Shown here: positions 27,568-35,626 of the stretch, piece after piece
Position numbering within the stretch: the stretch's first letter is position 1
Layout of the letters: the number at the start of each line of letters is the position of its first letter
IMG/VR virus record: IMGVR_UViG_3300037247_001314
Location: 32,001-96,000 of that record
Strand: one strand, 5' to 3'
DNA length: 64,000 nucleotides
Source: a virus
Translations under genes and position numbers: made by a program
The notes under the pieces: generated by a model
The model's database searches: none
Told to the model about the DNA's origin: nothing
The model's input: the letters and a program-made list of their open reading frames with translations, nothing else

Positions 27568-27944
27568 AGCGCACCTCGCTCGACCAGGAGCTCGCGCACC
27601 TTCACCCAGTCGACGTAGGGCCGCGGAGCATCGTGCTTCAACGGACAGCCAAGTGCTGCATCGTCGATGTAAATCTGCGCATAGGCTTTAGGTGACGTCG
27701 TCCAATCCTGCGCAGGGTTCCGCTGAACGCCGTAGAGCGGGATGTCGTTTGCTGCGTACCAGTTGACTGCGTCTTGTAGCTTCTCATCGCAGCGCATTGT
27801 CCACAGAATGAGCCCGTGCCCAGCGGCGACGAGTTCTTTCTGCACCTCAACAGCACCGGGGAGTGTGCCACCGACGTTGGGATACTCGTGATAAACGCAG
27901 GTGCCGTCAAAGTCGACGCAGATGTTGAGGGACATTGCTTTCAT
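27564..27944 (-). CDS. HAD-superfamily phosphatase
   Basis: ICVDFDGT, LILWTMR, SPKAYAQIYIDD. Confidence 0.88.
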   Translation of the reverse strand: MKAMSLNICVDFDGTCVYHEYPNVGGTLPGAVEVQKELVAAGHGLILWTMRCDEKLQDAVNWYAANDIPLYGVQRNPAQDWTTSPKAYAQIYIDDAALGCPLKHDAPRPYVDWVKVRELLVERGAL

Positions 27945-28151
27945 TTAGTTTTTCTCGACGCGAAGGTTAAAAGGTTCGCCGCAATCAATCTCACCGGAAT
28001 GACACCACTCCTCGTCTGGCTTCCCATCGTTGCCCTCAAGCCCCTGTAGGGGCCGGTCCTCTGCGAGCTCGATCGCTTTCGCTTTTGTGGGCGCCTCGAC
28101 GTGGGTGTGCAGCGAGATTGTACCGAGTGCGGCCACTACAAACTTAGGCAT
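27945..28151 (-). CDS. Small hypothetical protein
   Basis: VEAPTKAKAIELA motif. Confidence 0.6.
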   Translation of the reverse strand: MPKFVVAALGTISLHTHVEAPTKAKAIELAEDRPLQGLEGNDGKPDEEWCHSGEIDCGEPFNLRVEKN

Positions 28152-28776
28152 TCGTCAGCTCGCCGACGTCGTCAAACACAACGGGGATACGACTCCGAAA
28201 CTCGGCCAGCATAGGGCGCGTTATTTCGCGAAGCTGTGGGTGAGCTGTGTCGGGTGTGCGCATCTTGAAAAAGTGCCGCCACTCGCGCAAGTTCGCGGTC
28301 ATCACGATTTCGGTCTTGAGGCTGTTGGGCAAGACCGAACGAGCCATCTGTGGGCTGGCACCTGCATCGAGCATCTGGAAGTAAATCGACTCCGCAAACA
28401 ACACCCCCGCCCGCCAGGCCTCAAATGTCACCTCGTCCACATGTGGTCGCGGATCGATGACGGTGATTTCCCGACCGAACTTGTTCTTGGTGTAGTTGCA
28501 GTAGCGCGTCGACTCCTGCGAGTAGGACGCAAGACGATGACGCACAATCTCGTGAGAGATGCCGCGGTCGCAGATGATCCGCACGCTCGCGGACTCATGT
28601 TCGATGACCGTCTCGTGGCCGCGCTTGAGCACCATGGCCACAAACTTCTGCGAACTGTCATCCGTGATTTTGTCCTCGGACTTGTAACAAGTTCGCCCAG
28701 CCAGCTCGATGCGACGCAGCATCTCGTAGCCGTTGATAAGTGACACAATCTCGTAGGATGACTTAACGATTTTCAT
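28144..28776 (-). CDS. thyX: Flavin-dependent thymidylate synthase
   Basis: Signature RHRLASYSQESTR, GHETVIEH, NLREWRHF. Confidence 0.95.
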   Translation of the reverse strand: MKIVKSSYEIVSLINGYEMLRRIELAGRTCYKSEDKITDDSSQKFVAMVLKRGHETVIEHESASVRIICDRGISHEIVRHRLASYSQESTRYCNYTKNKFGREITVIDPRPHVDEVTFEAWRAGVLFAESIYFQMLDAGASPQMARSVLPNSLKTEIVMTANLREWRHFFKMRTPDTAHPQLREITRPMLAEFRSRIPVVFDDVGELTNA

Positions 28777-29369
28777 GATTCTGGTTCCTTGTCGTCGAGG
28801 ACGTACGCAACAGCTGCAAGACGCGTAGCAGTGGTTGTGCCCTCGGGGTTGCAATGAGCGAGCGTGCTCAAGACGATAGCCTCGTCATGTTTGCGCGCAA
28901 GGCCATCGGTGCTCGCTTCCTCTATTTTCGCCACGATCGCGTCAATCTTTTCGCGACACTCATCTGCGTCCCTCCAACAGGCTCGTACACGAGAGTGGTG
29001 GCTGTAGCCTTCGCGGGCCAGCGATCTCAGTTTTGGAAGCAGCTCTCGAACGCGAGCCAGTTGAGCAGCGAGCTCAGCGTGCGCGTCACCAAGAGCAGAG
29101 ACAAGGTTCGCAGGATCGCGAGCCTGGTCGTCGAAAGGAACGCCGAGGTGTTCCTCCACGCTCTGCCGAAGTGCCAGCACCACCTCGTCCTCTTGGGGCA
29201 CATCACCCCACTCTGTGCGACGCGTGAAGCTCGGCTGTGAATGGATTTCGTCGTCTAGAGCATATTGCGCCATTGTCACCAAAGCGCACGCTGCACAGAA
29301 CTCAGTAGCGTCTCCACACCAAACGACTGTAACTTTCGCTTCGTCTGGACAATCTTCACATTTAGCCAT
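28773..29369 (-). CDS. Hypothetical protein with N-terminal Zn finger
   Basis: CEDC...CAAC. Confidence 0.6.
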   Translation of the reverse strand: MAKCEDCPDEAKVTVVWCGDATEFCAACALVTMAQYALDDEIHSQPSFTRRTEWGDVPQEDEVVLALRQSVEEHLGVPFDDQARDPANLVSALGDAHAELAAQLARVRELLPKLRSLAREGYSHHSRVRACWRDADECREKIDAIVAKIEEASTDGLARKHDEAIVLSTLAHCNPEGTTTATRLAAVAYVLDDKEPES

Positions 29370-29371
29370 CG

Positions 29372-29719
29372 TTATTTCCTTTCAGGCCCAACGTGGAAGT
29401 CGCAATCGCCAGCTTCGTCTGGACAGTCTTCCCCCGAAGTGCATTTGGATTTGTAGCCGGACGTGCAGCCCGGATCGATTTCGTCGCAAGGCGCGAGGTC
29501 GGAAAGCAGACAAGCGCACTCCCCGTCCCTGTAGAGGCCGTCGAAGCCGTTAGCCTTGAGGTACGCGCCAGCCATCCCAACGACAGTTAGCGCTTTCGGT
29601 TTCTTGTCACCGTTGGCTGGCGCGTACTTGGCCAACTTCTTCGCCAGGTTCACGGATATCTTCCGCTGAGCGTCGAGGTCAGCGAGAGCCTGCGTCAGTC
29701 GCTCTAGGGTGGTGCTCAC
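29372..29719 (-). CDS. Cys-rich hypothetical protein
   Basis: YLKANGFDGLY..ECAC...LAPC motif. Confidence 0.65.
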   Translation of the reverse strand: MSTTLERLTQALADLDAQRKISVNLAKKLAKYAPANGDKKPKALTVVGMAGAYLKANGFDGLYRDGECACLLSDLAPCDEIDPGCTSGYKSKCTSGEDCPDEAGDCDFHVGPERK

Positions 29720-30075
29720 GTCTCCCCCTTGGGCTTGTCGACGTCAGCTCTGAGGTCGACATTGACCGACGCCGTGGGGGTGGGCACCCTGAGCGTGACC
29801 TTGCCTCGCAGCTCCTTGCCCGGCATCCAAAAAACGCCTTGAAAACCGTCAATCTCACCTTGCGAAACCAAAAGGGCGAGACTTTTGAGCCACTCGGCGA
29901 CTTGACCGCGCTCGAGGTGAGCGCGGTCAAAGGTGGTGCCGGGGGGTACGTCAATATTAGGCACCCACGTCTGGGGCTTGCCCTGTACTTCTCGCGAAAC
30001 ACGGCAAGCCTCAGTCATCGCCATGCGCAGCGAGCTATCGATGTGGGAAATGGATTCTTCGTTGTCGTCGGTCAT
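29716..30075 (-). CDS. Hypothetical protein; C-terminal half resembles a tail-sheath C-terminal domain
   Basis: WLKSLALLVSQGEIDGF...LRGKVTLRVPTPTASVNVDL. Confidence 0.55.
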   Translation of the reverse strand: MTDDNEESISHIDSSLRMAMTEACRVSREVQGKPQTWVPNIDVPPGTTFDRAHLERGQVAEWLKSLALLVSQGEIDGFQGVFWMPGKELRGKVTLRVPTPTASVNVDLRADVDKPKGET

Positions 30076-30572
30076 ACTTTTTCTTTCTTAGCCTTCTTGG
30101 TCTCAGCGCCAAATGGCCTACGCACGATGCGCTCTTTAGCGTTGAAATGTTTGCAGCCCTCGTAGGGGCAGGTGGACTGACTGTTAGGAAACGACGAGCA
30201 CATCCGCGGTCGGTCCTCGTAGTCCAGACAGTTGCGTGTCTCGCCATCGAAATACTTGCAGGTGAAGAAGTTCACGCGAATGTCGTCGCGGTCATCCTGG
30301 CGCTGCGGGTGTATTGGGTTCCGCTTGTGCTTACCAAGGGGGATGAGCATGTCGGCAGCCTTCTGGACGTCGCGCCAACGCTCGTGCGCTCTCTCCCACG
30401 TTCCATCGCAGGGGTAGTCGTTCCACGTCGGCTCTACTTCCTCGCGCGCCATTTTCTTGAGGGTAGTCAGCGAGAACGCCGCGCAACAATAGCCTTTGCA
30501 GCTGTTGGTCTTCGCCACCGTTTTGGGTGCAGACAGCTTTGGCAGCGAGTTCAGATTTGAAACTTTAACCAT
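30072..30572 (-). CDS. YkgJ-family cysteine-cluster protein
   Basis: CKGYCC...CKYFD...CLDYEDRPRMCSSFP. Confidence 0.8.
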   Translation of the reverse strand: MVKVSNLNSLPKLSAPKTVAKTNSCKGYCCAAFSLTTLKKMAREEVEPTWNDYPCDGTWERAHERWRDVQKAADMLIPLGKHKRNPIHPQRQDDRDDIRVNFFTCKYFDGETRNCLDYEDRPRMCSSFPNSQSTCPYEGCKHFNAKERIVRRPFGAETKKAKKEKV

Positions 30573-30819
30573 TGAGGTGCTCCCGTGCGCGAGCTAGCCA
30601 CTCAGTGGTGTTGACCGACCGCTGTGTGAATGCGCTGGTTACGCGGTCACCTGCTTTGTGTTCCAGGAGGAACACAGCGTCGTCGACGATAGATCGACTG
30701 GTCGTGTCTTTTGCGCGCAAGCTCTTGACGTACTCGCGCACCGCGTTCTCCTTGCAGCCGTCGACCTTTTCGAGCGCAGCGAGCCACTCGTCGAATCTGT
30801 CGTCAGTCATCGGGGGCAT
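30565..30819 (-). CDS. Hypothetical protein
   Basis: Coupled small ORF. Confidence 0.6.
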   Translation of the reverse strand: MPPMTDDRFDEWLAALEKVDGCKENAVREYVKSLRAKDTTSRSIVDDAVFLLEHKAGDRVTSAFTQRSVNTTEWLARAREHLNG

Positions 30820-31199
30820 AGTCCGCGAGCCTCCGCGAGTAGCTGTTCAAGCACGCACTCGCGTTGTAGTGATTCCAGAATCGCTTTGGCGTCTTTGCGC
30901 CGCAGTGGGAAGCCGTCGCCGTTGTCCCAACCGGCTTTCGCGACGCCGCCAATGAACTCGACGAGAGTGTTGACGGCGACGTGGGTAGACTCATACCCCT
31001 GCAGCGCGAAAGCTCGTCGATTGAAATCGCATTTCTTCCACGTCGACGGGGTAGCCCATTCTTCAATGCGGAGGGTCTTGATGGTGTCCGCCTGTCTATC
31101 GATGCCGACGACGCGGCATTGCTGAGCCCAACGGTCAATGAGCAGCTGCCCAATGCGAGCAACTTTGAAGGTGAGGATGTCGCCGATGTGTAAGCTCAC
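30807..31199 (-). CDS. Hypothetical protein
   Basis: 130 aa, GTGA coupling. Confidence 0.6.
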   Translation of the reverse strand: MSLHIGDILTFKVARIGQLLIDRWAQQCRVVGIDRQADTIKTLRIEEWATPSTWKKCDFNRRAFALQGYESTHVAVNTLVEFIGGVAKAGWDNGDGFPLRRKDAKAILESLQRECVLEQLLAEARGLCPR

Positions 31200-31363
31200 A
31201 CACGTCTCCGCTCGTCGTAGTCGTTGCGTTTGCGGAACTCGCGCACGGCCGTGTCAGCTTCGCACGCCGCCTGCGCGCACCCGGAACAGGTAACCACCTC
31301 AGCATAGACGCGCGTCCACAGCTGGCGCTCGTGGTCGTTCTTAAACTCTTCCAGTTGGTGCAT
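31196..31363 (-). CDS. 55-aa protein not in the ORF track
   Basis: AGGAGG-N5-ATG; MHQLEEFKNDHERQLWTRVYAEVV...RRRV*. Confidence 0.7.
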   Translation of the reverse strand: MHQLEEFKNDHERQLWTRVYAEVVTCSGCAQAACEADTAVREFRKRNDYDERRRV

Positions 31364-31368
31364 CTGGA

Positions 31369-31408
31369 CCTCCTACCCTAGACAACACTGGAGGTGTCTG
31401 GAGTGCAA
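31369..31408 (-). promoter_or_regulatory. Class II upstream element (putative phage-specific promoter plus RBS)
   Basis: TTGCACTCCAGACACCTCCAGTGTTGTCTAGGGTAGGAGG, near-identical to 43822-43861. Confidence 0.75.
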
Positions 31409-31854
31409 CCTCTTTTCTTTCGTCGGCGTGACATTTCTCGATGACCCCGCGGAGACAGGCTCACCCACGTGTGCCCTTCCTTGCGCACCACCGTTAGCCG
31501 CCCCGCTTCCTCAGCGCTCTTCACGTGGGCTGAAGCTGTCGACTGGGGCATGTCTAGGCCGTCGCGAATGTCCTGCAGCCTGAGCGTGCTCGCGCCCACG
31601 TAGAGCATGAGAACGAAGTGCCTGATGGGGATGAGGTCAGAGCGCGATGTGGGCATCGTCTGGAAGATGCTGCGGGCGAGCTCGCGGTCAGCGCGTCGCG
31701 GGCGGCACGCTGGGATGTGTCGGCGTTTGCGGGCCGCGTAGATCGCCTGCACCGAGACGTCCAGACGGGTGGCCAGCACCTGGTCCGGCACTTCCCCTAG
31801 AGGTTGCTCGTCCCACGCGACGCCACGAGGGGCAGATGTGCCACTTTTAGCCAT
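31378..31854 (-). CDS. Double-HTH (MarR/ArsR-like) regulator
   Basis: DQVLATRLDVSVQAIYAARKR and LQDIRDGLDMPQSTASAHVK; GGAGG RBS. Confidence 0.7.
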   Translation of the reverse strand: MAKSGTSAPRGVAWDEQPLGEVPDQVLATRLDVSVQAIYAARKRRHIPACRPRRADRELARSIFQTMPTSRSDLIPIRHFVLMLYVGASTLRLQDIRDGLDMPQSTASAHVKSAEEAGRLTVVRKEGHTWVSLSPRGHREMSRRRKKRGCTPDTSSVV

Positions 31855-31952
31855 GCTGCCTCCGCACTCCCCCACCCCCGAAAGGCCCCATAAATGCCAG
31901 CAGATCACCCTAAGTCGGATACTCCTCTAGCTTTTTTCGCTTTTTGAGGGGA

Positions 31953-32228
31953 TTAGCCGATCACCTTGAGCCGTGCCCGCCGCTCATTGCGAATGCGCAC
32001 GCTCTGCACCACCTCCACACGCTTCGCTTTGGCGGCACCAGCAAGGTCTGCGGCCTGGATGAGCTTACGCTCCTCACTCGGCAATAGACGTGTCTGGATG
32101 CTTCCACAGAGGCACTGGCGCCAATGCTCCGCAGTGTTCACCGCCTCCTGCTCGACTATGTCCCCGCATTCAGGGCAGAAGAACGCGGTCATCTCTAAGT
32201 TTATCTTGCTGCGCTTACGCTTTCCCAT
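31953..32228 (-). CDS. Zn-ribbon protein
   Basis: CPECGD...CLCGS. Confidence 0.65.
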   Translation of the reverse strand: MGKRKRSKINLEMTAFFCPECGDIVEQEAVNTAEHWRQCLCGSIQTRLLPSEERKLIQAADLAGAAKAKRVEVVQSVRIRNERRARLKVIG

Positions 32229-33753
32229 CGTCGTCTCCTTTGATGTCTGGAAGCGTGCTGCCGTCTATAGGTGGGCGACCTGTCGTCGCTCGACGAAGGT
32301 TAACCTCCTCCACAAAGCAATGCTTGCTTACGCGGCCACCAACCCAGTGGTACAAATACATCTGGACATCGTGATGAGCTCTTGGGTGGGTAGGCAGAGA
32401 CTGCAGCTGGAGCTCGTCCGCGGAGGGGAAATCTCCTAGTTTGAGAGTTGAGGGGTTGCCCGCTAAGAACAGCTGCACGATATCTTTTACGCTCATCGGT
32501 GCGCTGTCTGTCTGGACGTCGTTGGTGGACCATTCCTCGGGCCCTGGAGTGAGGTTGCCCTGCCCGTCAACCGCAATCGTGCGCGACACCAACACAGCAT
32601 CTTTGGTAGGAGTAGCTGCCACAGGCTCTCGGATGGTGATGGTCTTCTCATCCAAGTCCACTTCCAGATGGCAGACAGCGAGCATGCGAGCAGTGATTCC
32701 ATGGTGCAGCAGCGCCTCGGGCATCGAGCCGCGGTTCTCAGTTGAAATGTCAGACAGCACACCTCGTACCTGCTGCACCAAGGGTTCGGCATTTCGGGGC
32801 ACGCGGAAGGCGAGGGGTAGCCCCTGGTATTCCAGACGCACGCCGTTGAATATCAGTGCGCAATCAACGCAGTCGATGCGCCCCCACTGCAGGAGCTTTG
32901 CTTTGTCTTCCCTCTGTCCCTCGTACATGCGGTGCCACGTCTCCGCGTCTCGGCCAAGGTGCTCGTGGGCTGCAGGATCCTTCACCTCGTTGGCGAAGGT
33001 GGCCGCTAGTTCTTTGAGCCGCTCAGGCTGGCCGTCGGAGCTCATCGACGTCCAGACAGTCTTGAGGTTTTCATGGGCAAGTGTGTTGGGCTCGATGGAT
33101 AGCCCTGAGTCGAGGGCAGTGACAAGTCCGCGCAGGAGACCATGCAGCACGATGACTTGGACCTTTTGTTCTGTCAGCGTGGTGGGCTGCCCGCCAGCAT
33201 CGGCCACCCCGACGTAATAAGCAGCGTGCGCTTCACTGCGTGCGTTCTGTAGCTTCTGCTCGAAGTCCGGTATCTGGCTCGCACGCTCTGCGAGTTCGGC
33301 GATGAGCCTTGGAATGTTTTCGATGTCCTGGTCGGACGTGCGCAAGCTCATCGCCTTGTACACCTTGCCCACGAACGCCGCATAGAGCCCCTTCGCCGTG
33401 AGCAGCTCTCTGTCGTCATTGCCTAGCAGCTTGAGGTCTGGACGCTTGTGTTTCGTGCTCACGTGGTTGAACTTCGAGATGACGTGCTTGGCGAGGTCGA
33501 TGCCGAGCGCCGTCGCTGTGAGGTCGACGTACGTGATGGTGTCCGCGAGCTCGTCGGCGACCATCTCTTTGGTGCCCTTGCCCTGCCTGAGTTTGTTGAT
33601 GGCGTTGCAAACCTCACCGGCTTCGCCGGCCATGAGCGCCGCCCATTCAAGCGGGCTGTTGTGCTCGATGGGGTAGAACACGGCTTCACATCTAGCGGCG
33701 TTGGTGCGGCTGAGTTCGCCAAAGGTCAGATGGGTTTCGTTAGGCGTCGTCAT
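32215..33753 (-). CDS. MazG-like pyrophosphohydrolase fused to a long unknown C-terminal region
   Basis: GEAGEVCN...DELAD...ALGIDL...KFN in the first ~110 aa. Confidence 0.8.
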   Translation of the reverse strand: MTTPNETHLTFGELSRTNAARCEAVFYPIEHNSPLEWAALMAGEAGEVCNAINKLRQGKGTKEMVADELADTITYVDLTATALGIDLAKHVISKFNHVSTKHKRPDLKLLGNDDRELLTAKGLYAAFVGKVYKAMSLRTSDQDIENIPRLIAELAERASQIPDFEQKLQNARSEAHAAYYVGVADAGGQPTTLTEQKVQVIVLHGLLRGLVTALDSGLSIEPNTLAHENLKTVWTSMSSDGQPERLKELAATFANEVKDPAAHEHLGRDAETWHRMYEGQREDKAKLLQWGRIDCVDCALIFNGVRLEYQGLPLAFRVPRNAEPLVQQVRGVLSDISTENRGSMPEALLHHGITARMLAVCHLEVDLDEKTITIREPVAATPTKDAVLVSRTIAVDGQGNLTPGPEEWSTNDVQTDSAPMSVKDIVQLFLAGNPSTLKLGDFPSADELQLQSLPTHPRAHHDVQMYLYHWVGGRVSKHCFVEEVNLRRATTGRPPIDGSTLPDIKGDDDGKA

Positions 33754-33950
33754 TGTCGTTGCTCTTCGTGTTTAGGTTGGACGCAGCTCATCCCTTCGTC
33801 CAGACAGTTGCATTCGCACGGCTGCACAACGGATTCCACAAAGTAAAGGAGGCCTGCCACGAACGCGGCCAATCCGAGCACAAACGCGAGGGCGAGCAGA
33901 CTCGCCTGGAACAGCCTCAGGAACAGAGTTTCTAGATCAACCATCGGCAT
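33750..33950 (-). CDS. Small membrane protein
   Basis: Hydrophobic helix followed by CECNC. Confidence 0.55.
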   Translation of the reverse strand: MPMVDLETLFLRLFQASLLALAFVLGLAAFVAGLLYFVESVVQPCECNCLDEGMSCVQPKHEEQRQ

Positions 33951-34287
33951 TGTCCTTCGTGTGTAGGTTGGACCGAGCCTTGATGAGTTCCGTGGTGGCC
34001 GTCACAAGCGCAGCTTCCAGACGCGTGCGCTGAGCTTTCACTTCGGGCAACACAGGGTCTTCCTGCATGTTGTGCACAGCGACGGCCGCGTTGGCGACAG
34101 CGTTCTCAAGCTCGCCGATGTGCGCGCCCTTCTCGAAGCACTCGGTCATCACCTCTTGCAGCTTCTTATCGCTATCGAACGGTTTGAAGGTCACGCATCC
34201 GGCGCCGGCAGGGCAAGGCGAGTCTACGGTGATCACGTCGAAGATGTCGTAAGGCCATTCGATTTTAATAGTGGGTACGTCAGCCAT
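33937..34287 (-). CDS. Hypothetical protein
   Basis: GAGGAG RBS before ATG 34287. Confidence 0.6.
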   Translation of the reverse strand: MADVPTIKIEWPYDIFDVITVDSPCPAGAGCVTFKPFDSDKKLQEVMTECFEKGAHIGELENAVANAAVAVHNMQEDPVLPEVKAQRTRLEAALVTATTELIKARSNLHTKDNADG

Positions 34288-34507
34288 CTGGAAGCTCCTC
34301 GACGGGTAGTTCGGTGAACGCCTCGCCGTACAGGTTGAGGTGTTGTCTGTACTCGGCCTTCGTTCGCGCGATGAGCGTGTCGTCCGGGTACTCGTAGACG
34401 CCATGGCGCTCACACGCCTTTGTCCCACAGTCCAGACAGTCTCGCGGGTTGTCCATCGGCTGGATGGTGCCGGGCGGGTCAGGATCGCCCGGCTGCCACT
34501 TAGCCAT
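34280..34507 (-). CDS. Small Zn-binding protein
   Basis: CLDC...CERH. Confidence 0.6.
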   Translation of the reverse strand: MAKWQPGDPDPPGTIQPMDNPRDCLDCGTKACERHGVYEYPDDTLIARTKAEYRQHLNLYGEAFTELPVEELPDG

Positions 34508-35117
34508 CGTCGCTGTCCTTTGGGTCGAGTTCGCCGGTAGTTACGCCACCGTGCAAATAGCGATGAAGGTCTTTCTTTCCTCGCATACTCTCGTCGATGA
34601 TGTCGTCCACCTGCTCAGGGGAGAGGACGGCTTTGGGGTCCGTCTTCTCAGCCACATCCATCGGACATGGCACGCCTTCTTGGCTGCCGGAGTCGTACGG
34701 TTCGTTAAGCACAGCGAGGTGATCGACCTCCTCGACAACACGCGTGACGGTCAGCTTCAACTCGCTCGCGCCCGGCTCAACATCGACAACGTCGTCAGCG
34801 CTGTATTGGAACGTGTGAAGGGAGTCTGGAGCCGTAAGTAGTTCCCAAGCGGTCCCGCACATTACGCACTTACCCTCGTGGTAGCTGGTCGACCCGCAAG
34901 CGCGGCAATGACGCTTAGTCTGTCCCACGCGCACGCCGCCTATTTCCAGACGGGAGATGCGTGGTGTGAAGCCGGCTTTGGGTGGCTGCGCACGTGCCGC
35001 GATGAGCGCGTCGCACGCGGCGTGTAATCGTTCCTCTGCGTTTGGATCGTCCGACACTCCAGACGTCCGCCACGCGAGAGCCGCTTCAATAACGCCGTCT
35101 TCTTCTTCGGTGAGCAT
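34500..35117 (-). CDS. Mosaic hypothetical protein with Zn ribbon
   Basis: CRAC...CVMC; shares LHTFQY with 35616-37556. Confidence 0.65.
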   Translation of the reverse strand: MLTEEEDGVIEAALAWRTSGVSDDPNAEERLHAACDALIAARAQPPKAGFTPRISRLEIGGVRVGQTKRHCRACGSTSYHEGKCVMCGTAWELLTAPDSLHTFQYSADDVVDVEPGASELKLTVTRVVEEVDHLAVLNEPYDSGSQEGVPCPMDVAEKTDPKAVLSPEQVDDIIDESMRGKKDLHRYLHGGVTTGELDPKDSDDG

Positions 35118-35119
35118 CG

Positions 35120-35371
35120 TCAGCCCCCCATGGTGCCGAGTTCTTCATCTGAAGGCTCGCGCGGTTGTTGTTTTGTGAGAACACGAATCGTCGTGCCAGC
35201 GAGCACTGCCCGTGCCCGCGAGACAGCTGCAATCTGTTTGTCCTCGTCGTCGATATCGATGTCGTGTAGCGAGGTCTCTGCCCCGAGTCTACTAAGCACC
35301 TCAGCAATGTACGCAGCGGCAGTTGTCTTCCCGCTTCTCCAGGGGCCTTCAACGGTAATCGTAATGGTCAT
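35120..35371 (-). CDS. Minimal P-loop (kinase-like) protein
   Basis: ITVEGPWRSGKTT in only 83 aa; GAGGAGG RBS. Confidence 0.65.
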   Translation of the reverse strand: MTITITVEGPWRSGKTTAAAYIAEVLSRLGAETSLHDIDIDDEDKQIAAVSRARAVLAGTTIRVLTKQQPREPSDEELGTMGG

Positions 35372-35626
35372 CTAATCCTCCTCGTCGTGTGAAATCATCT
35401 CAGCCGACCAGCCTCCAGGGGCGGAGGTCTTCTTCTCGGCGAGCTTGGCTTTGCATTGGCCCACCGCCTCCTTGGCGACATCTGGACACATGACTTCGTT
35501 GGCGCCCATGACGAGGTGCCCGTGCTCGGTGCTCTTGCAGCCAAGGCAAGGTGGGTCCGCGCGGGGCCACAAGATGAAAGGGCCGATGTCGAAGTCGATG
35601 GTGTGCTTGTCGTCGTCAGTCGCCAT
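35372..35626 (-). CDS. Hypothetical protein
   Basis: GGGAGG RBS; CLGC..H..C. Confidence 0.6.
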   Translation of the reverse strand: MATDDDKHTIDFDIGPFILWPRADPPCLGCKSTEHGHLVMGANEVMCPDVAKEAVGQCKAKLAEKKTSAPGGWSAEMISHDEED

